Source of the DNA: Thermodesulfobacteriota bacterium
GTDB lineage: Bacteria; Desulfobacterota; Binatia; Bin18
Length of the DNA stretch: 64,000 bases
Direction: 5' to 3'
NCBI GenBank assembly: GCA_964291405.2
Contig: OZ219926.1
Location: 1,984,001 to 2,048,000, forward strand
Within the stretch, counting starts at the first letter, position 1; the number at the start of each line of letters is the position of its first letter. Below, in pieces: positions 60,483 to 64,000 of this stretch. The position numbers and the translations under genes were made by a program. The notes beneath the pieces were generated by a model. That model saw only the letters and a list, made by a program, of their open reading frames with translations, did not search any database and was not told where the DNA came from.

Positions 60483-61523
60483 CTACACACTGGGTTGTTC
60501 GACGCTCTGCACGGCGGTCACCGTGTTCTCCTCGCCCGCTTGACTTCCCCACACCGCATCGTACGCAAAGTCGCTACCGATCCGTGCCAGCTCGGCTCTG
60601 CATGTCGTATCAACGAAGTCCTGCTGTTCGGGAGATAAGAGCTCGGCTGACCCCCCGCTGACTCCGCGGCGGATCATCTGCCGGTTGGGCGACGACCATG
60701 GGGTGAGTGCCGGCGGCTTGAATTTTTCGTCCATGCTTTTCATGTACGCAAACGAACTCTTCTCACAGACCGCGGCAAACTCGTCTGGGGTCAACTCGAC
60801 CTGCATGAACTCGGCAATGCGTCGCACAGCCGCGGCCAGGTCCTGTTTCATCTCCTCGAAGGTCAGGATCAGCAGGTTGGGCAGGTGGCGGTTTTTCCAG
60901 TAGCCGTGCAGGTGTTCGGGCCAGTTGAACAGCGCGGCATCGGAAAAAAAGAGCCGCAGCCAGACCGGTACGGCGGGCATCAGAGGGCCGAACATAACGT
61001 CGCGGGCAAAAGGATAATACGACACAAAGGCGTCCTTGGGGTCGCGTAGAATACAGATGTAGCGGGCGTCCGGGGTGTAGGGGACCTGCTCCCACTCCAA
61101 ATGCGTTTCAATTACCCGCAGGCCGGTGGGCGCGGCTTTGCGGGCGGTATCGTCCGACAGGGGCACGACCAGGTCCTGCCTGGCAAAATCCGGCCACGGC
61201 ACCACATCGTGAATATGCCGGAACTCGCCCTTGCCCCGCATGGCGATTTGATAGGCGATCTGCATGGTCCAGTTCGTGCCGCATTTCGGAAACGTACAGA
61301 CCACCACATCGTGCCGGCTAGGGCGATAGTCGCCAAAATCATGCCCGGCCAGCATCTTGGCCTTCATCTTACGGCTGAGTGCGGCCCAGAGTCGATCCGA
61401 ATACCCGGCCCTATCGACCAGCCACAGCAGCGGCTTGAGAAACACATAGGTCAATACCAGAACGGGATACCGGATGTAGGCGGGGAACAGATCGTGATGA
61501 AACGGACGGTGCGCAGAAGCCAT
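60483..61523 (-). CDS. PAPS-dependent sulfotransferase (Sulfotransfer_1)
   Basis: 5'-PSB TFPKCGTNW, THL, 3'-PB RDPKDAFVS, FEEMK.DL, RRGVSG. Confidence 0.87.
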   Translation of the reverse strand: MASAHRPFHHDLFPAYIRYPVLVLTYVFLKPLLWLVDRAGYSDRLWAALSRKMKAKMLAGHDFGDYRPSRHDVVVCTFPKCGTNWTMQIAYQIAMRGKGEFRHIHDVVPWPDFARQDLVVPLSDDTARKAAPTGLRVIETHLEWEQVPYTPDARYICILRDPKDAFVSYYPFARDVMFGPLMPAVPVWLRLFFSDAALFNWPEHLHGYWKNRHLPNLLILTFEEMKQDLAAAVRRIAEFMQVELTPDEFAAVCEKSSFAYMKSMDEKFKPPALTPWSSPNRQMIRRGVSGGSAELLSPEQQDFVDTTCRAELARIGSDFAYDAVWGSQAGEENTVTAVQSVEQPSV

Positions 61524-61828
61524 GCTTTCTCTCTTGTCCGGGTAACGCTCCCCTACCCTACCTTCGACAACAAGTTGTTGGGCGGTAATACCGCCCAGCA
61601 TGCGGGCCATGCTCGCCTCGTCGATGTGGGCGTGAACCTGAACTATGCAAGAAAACCCGGCTGGGCGTCAACAGCACGTCGTTCGACCGGAGCCTCCTAC
61701 TGCGCACCTCGGGCCGCTCGCTTCAATACAAGGCGACACCGAGAAGGCGGTATAACGCCGCCGAGGAGTCACACGGATACTCGATCGGTGCTATTATTAC
61801 CATTAAGCCGACAGGCTGGAGGGAGAGG

Positions 61829-63973
61829 ATGCGAATGTGGATGTTCCGTTTCTTTATCATGCTTCGAGTCGTCCTCGTCGCCGCGGTGGGGTTGTCATGG
61901 CCGGCGGCGTGGGTGCAGGCGGTCACCACATCCGACCTGGAAAAAGCCGCCGCCGATACCTCGACGTGGCTGATGTACGGCCGTGACTATCACGGCCAGC
62001 GCTTCGTGAAGCTCGACCAGATCACGCCGGACAACGTGAAACGCCTCCATCCGGTCTGGGTGTTCGCGACGGGCGGCGAGAACCGCGGTCTGCAGGCCAC
62101 ACCACTCCTTCACGAGGGCGTGCTCTACCTCTCGGCCGACGAATCCCGCGTATTTGCGATCGACGCCCGAACCGGTGCGAAAAAGTGGAGCTACGACCCG
62201 AAGATGTCGAACGACGTCGAACGTATCTACTGCTGCGGGTCCAACAATCGCGGCGTCGCACTATTCGGCGAACTGGTCTACTTCGGCACAATGGATGCCC
62301 ACTTGGTCGCTCTCCATAAAGATACCGGCGATGTCGTATGGAAGGTCAAGGTCGCCGACTGGGAGCAGGGGCACAGCATTACCGGCGCACCGCTGGTGGT
62401 CAACAGCATGGTCCTGACCGGTGTGGCCGGCGGCGAGTACGGCATTCGCGGCTTCGTCAAAGCCTTCGATGCCAAGACCGGCGAACTGCGTTGGACGACG
62501 TATACCATTCCCGGACCTGGCGAGCCCGGCAACGACACCTGGCCCGGCGACACCTGGAAGCACGGCGGCGGCGCCACGTGGACCACAGGCGTTTATGACC
62601 CCGAGCTGAATCTGGTGTATTGGAACACCGGCAACGCGGCACCCTGGAACTGCCAGGTTCGCAAAGGCGACAATAAATGGACCGCCGCAACCATCGCCAT
62701 CGATCCCGATAACGGCAAGATCCGCTGGGGGTTTCAATACACCCCGTGGGACTGCTGGGACTACGATGCCGTCAGTACGCCCGTGCTGGCCGATGTGACT
62801 TTGCGCGATCTCGGACCCGTCAAGGCCCTGTTCCACCACAACAAAAACGGCTTCTTCTATGCGCTCGATCGCACCGACGGCAGCTTCATCTACGGCGAGC
62901 CTATCGTTCCCGGCATCAATTGGGCCTTCGGGCTCGATGCTCGTACCGGTCGCCCGAAAGTGAACCCCGACATGGTGGCGGAGTCCGGCGGCCCCGAAGT
63001 CGGGCCGATCATCCCCAGCCTCGAAGGCGCGATCGATTGGCAACCGCTGGCCTACAATCCCGATCTCGGTGCGCTCTACTTCATGTCGAACCAGTGGGCA
63101 ATGGGCTATAAGTTCTGGGCCGAGGATCGGTTCGCACCCCCGACGAAGGGCGAATGGTATCTCGGTGCGGACTATCAGCAGTACCTGACCAGCGAGAATC
63201 CCGGCAACTTTGTGGGCTTCGATGTGGTCAACCGCAAGGTCATGTGGCGGGTGGCGAGCCCTGCCCCCTTCTGGGCGGGCGCCGTGGCCACGTCGAGCGG
63301 ACTAGTCTTTACCGGCGACATGCGCGGCTACTTCATGGCGATCGACGCCCGCAGCGGCGAGGTGCTTTGGCAATTCCAGACCGGTTCGGGCATCATCGGC
63401 AGCCCCATCACCTACGAGCTCGACGGCACGCAGTACGTGGCGGTGCCGTCCGGGGGCATCGGCGGTGACATGACATTCTATTACACCGACCCGAAGGCCG
63501 GCAATCTGTGGGTGTTTGCCTTGGACGGCGGGCGTCCCGTCCGCACGCAGTCGGGAACGAACTTGACCGGACTCGTAGGCGGCTTGCCGCGTGTCGGTGA
63601 GCCGGGCCATACCCTGGGTGGCCGTGTCTTACCAGGCTACGGCTTTCCGCCCACCGAAGGCCGCAAGCCGATCAAGGCACCGTCTCCTCCGCCGACCGTA
63701 TCGAACGAAGGGGAGGCGGCCAACCCTCTGTTAGGGGACCAAGCGGCGGTCATCGAAGGTGAACGAATCTATCGCGGGCGTTGCGTCGGTTGTCACCGGA
63801 CCGGCGGCGGCGCGGGCTCGAATATCTTCAAGACCGCCCTCCGAGCCGGACAGTTCTTCGACACGGTAACCAAGGGACACCAGGGCACCGGCATGCCCGC
63901 CTTCGAGCAACTACTCTCGCACGACGAGATCTGGCAGGTGCACGCGTTCCTGATGTCCCGCGACTCACTGTGA
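61829..63973 (+). CDS. PQQ-dependent alcohol dehydrogenase with C-terminal cytochrome c
   Basis: Signal peptide, W-motifs, vicinal YCCG, GGEYG, TGN, WDYD, CVGCH...MP. Confidence 0.9.
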   Translation: MRMWMFRFFIMLRVVLVAAVGLSWPAAWVQAVTTSDLEKAAADTSTWLMYGRDYHGQRFVKLDQITPDNVKRLHPVWVFATGGENRGLQATPLLHEGVLYLSADESRVFAIDARTGAKKWSYDPKMSNDVERIYCCGSNNRGVALFGELVYFGTMDAHLVALHKDTGDVVWKVKVADWEQGHSITGAPLVVNSMVLTGVAGGEYGIRGFVKAFDAKTGELRWTTYTIPGPGEPGNDTWPGDTWKHGGGATWTTGVYDPELNLVYWNTGNAAPWNCQVRKGDNKWTAATIAIDPDNGKIRWGFQYTPWDCWDYDAVSTPVLADVTLRDLGPVKALFHHNKNGFFYALDRTDGSFIYGEPIVPGINWAFGLDARTGRPKVNPDMVAESGGPEVGPIIPSLEGAIDWQPLAYNPDLGALYFMSNQWAMGYKFWAEDRFAPPTKGEWYLGADYQQYLTSENPGNFVGFDVVNRKVMWRVASPAPFWAGAVATSSGLVFTGDMRGYFMAIDARSGEVLWQFQTGSGIIGSPITYELDGTQYVAVPSGGIGGDMTFYYTDPKAGNLWVFALDGGRPVRTQSGTNLTGLVGGLPRVGEPGHTLGGRVLPGYGFPPTEGRKPIKAPSPPPTVSNEGEAANPLLGDQAAVIEGERIYRGRCVGCHRTGGGAGSNIFKTALRAGQFFDTVTKGHQGTGMPAFEQLLSHDEIWQVHAFLMSRDSL

Positions 63974-64000
63974 GGTGCGGTCACTGCGTGCCGCAACTGG

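Overview
GC-rich bacterial window, almost fully coding, dominated by catabolic and redox enzymes: six luciferase-like (LLM) oxidoreductases, four SDRs, three amidohydrolases, crotonases, hydantoinase A/B, a haloalkane dehalogenase, an orphan reductive-dehalogenase-like protein, an arsM/arsS pair, tandem moeA genes, a sulfotransferase and a PQQ/haem-c dehydrogenase. It also holds a small AT-richer toxin-antitoxin/IS3-remnant islet and GTAG REP-like palindromes. The main finding is that the two 'hypothetical' ORFs at 22936-23577 and 23743-24474 read as one 512-codon linalool dehydratase/isomerase (LinD)-like gene. It has two in-frame UGA codons placed where LinD has its two catalytic cysteines (U-E-x7-U), and the second UGA is followed by an fdhF-like SECIS hairpin, so it is a candidate double-selenocysteine enzyme. 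All family calls come from motif recognition by eye; no database searches were run.
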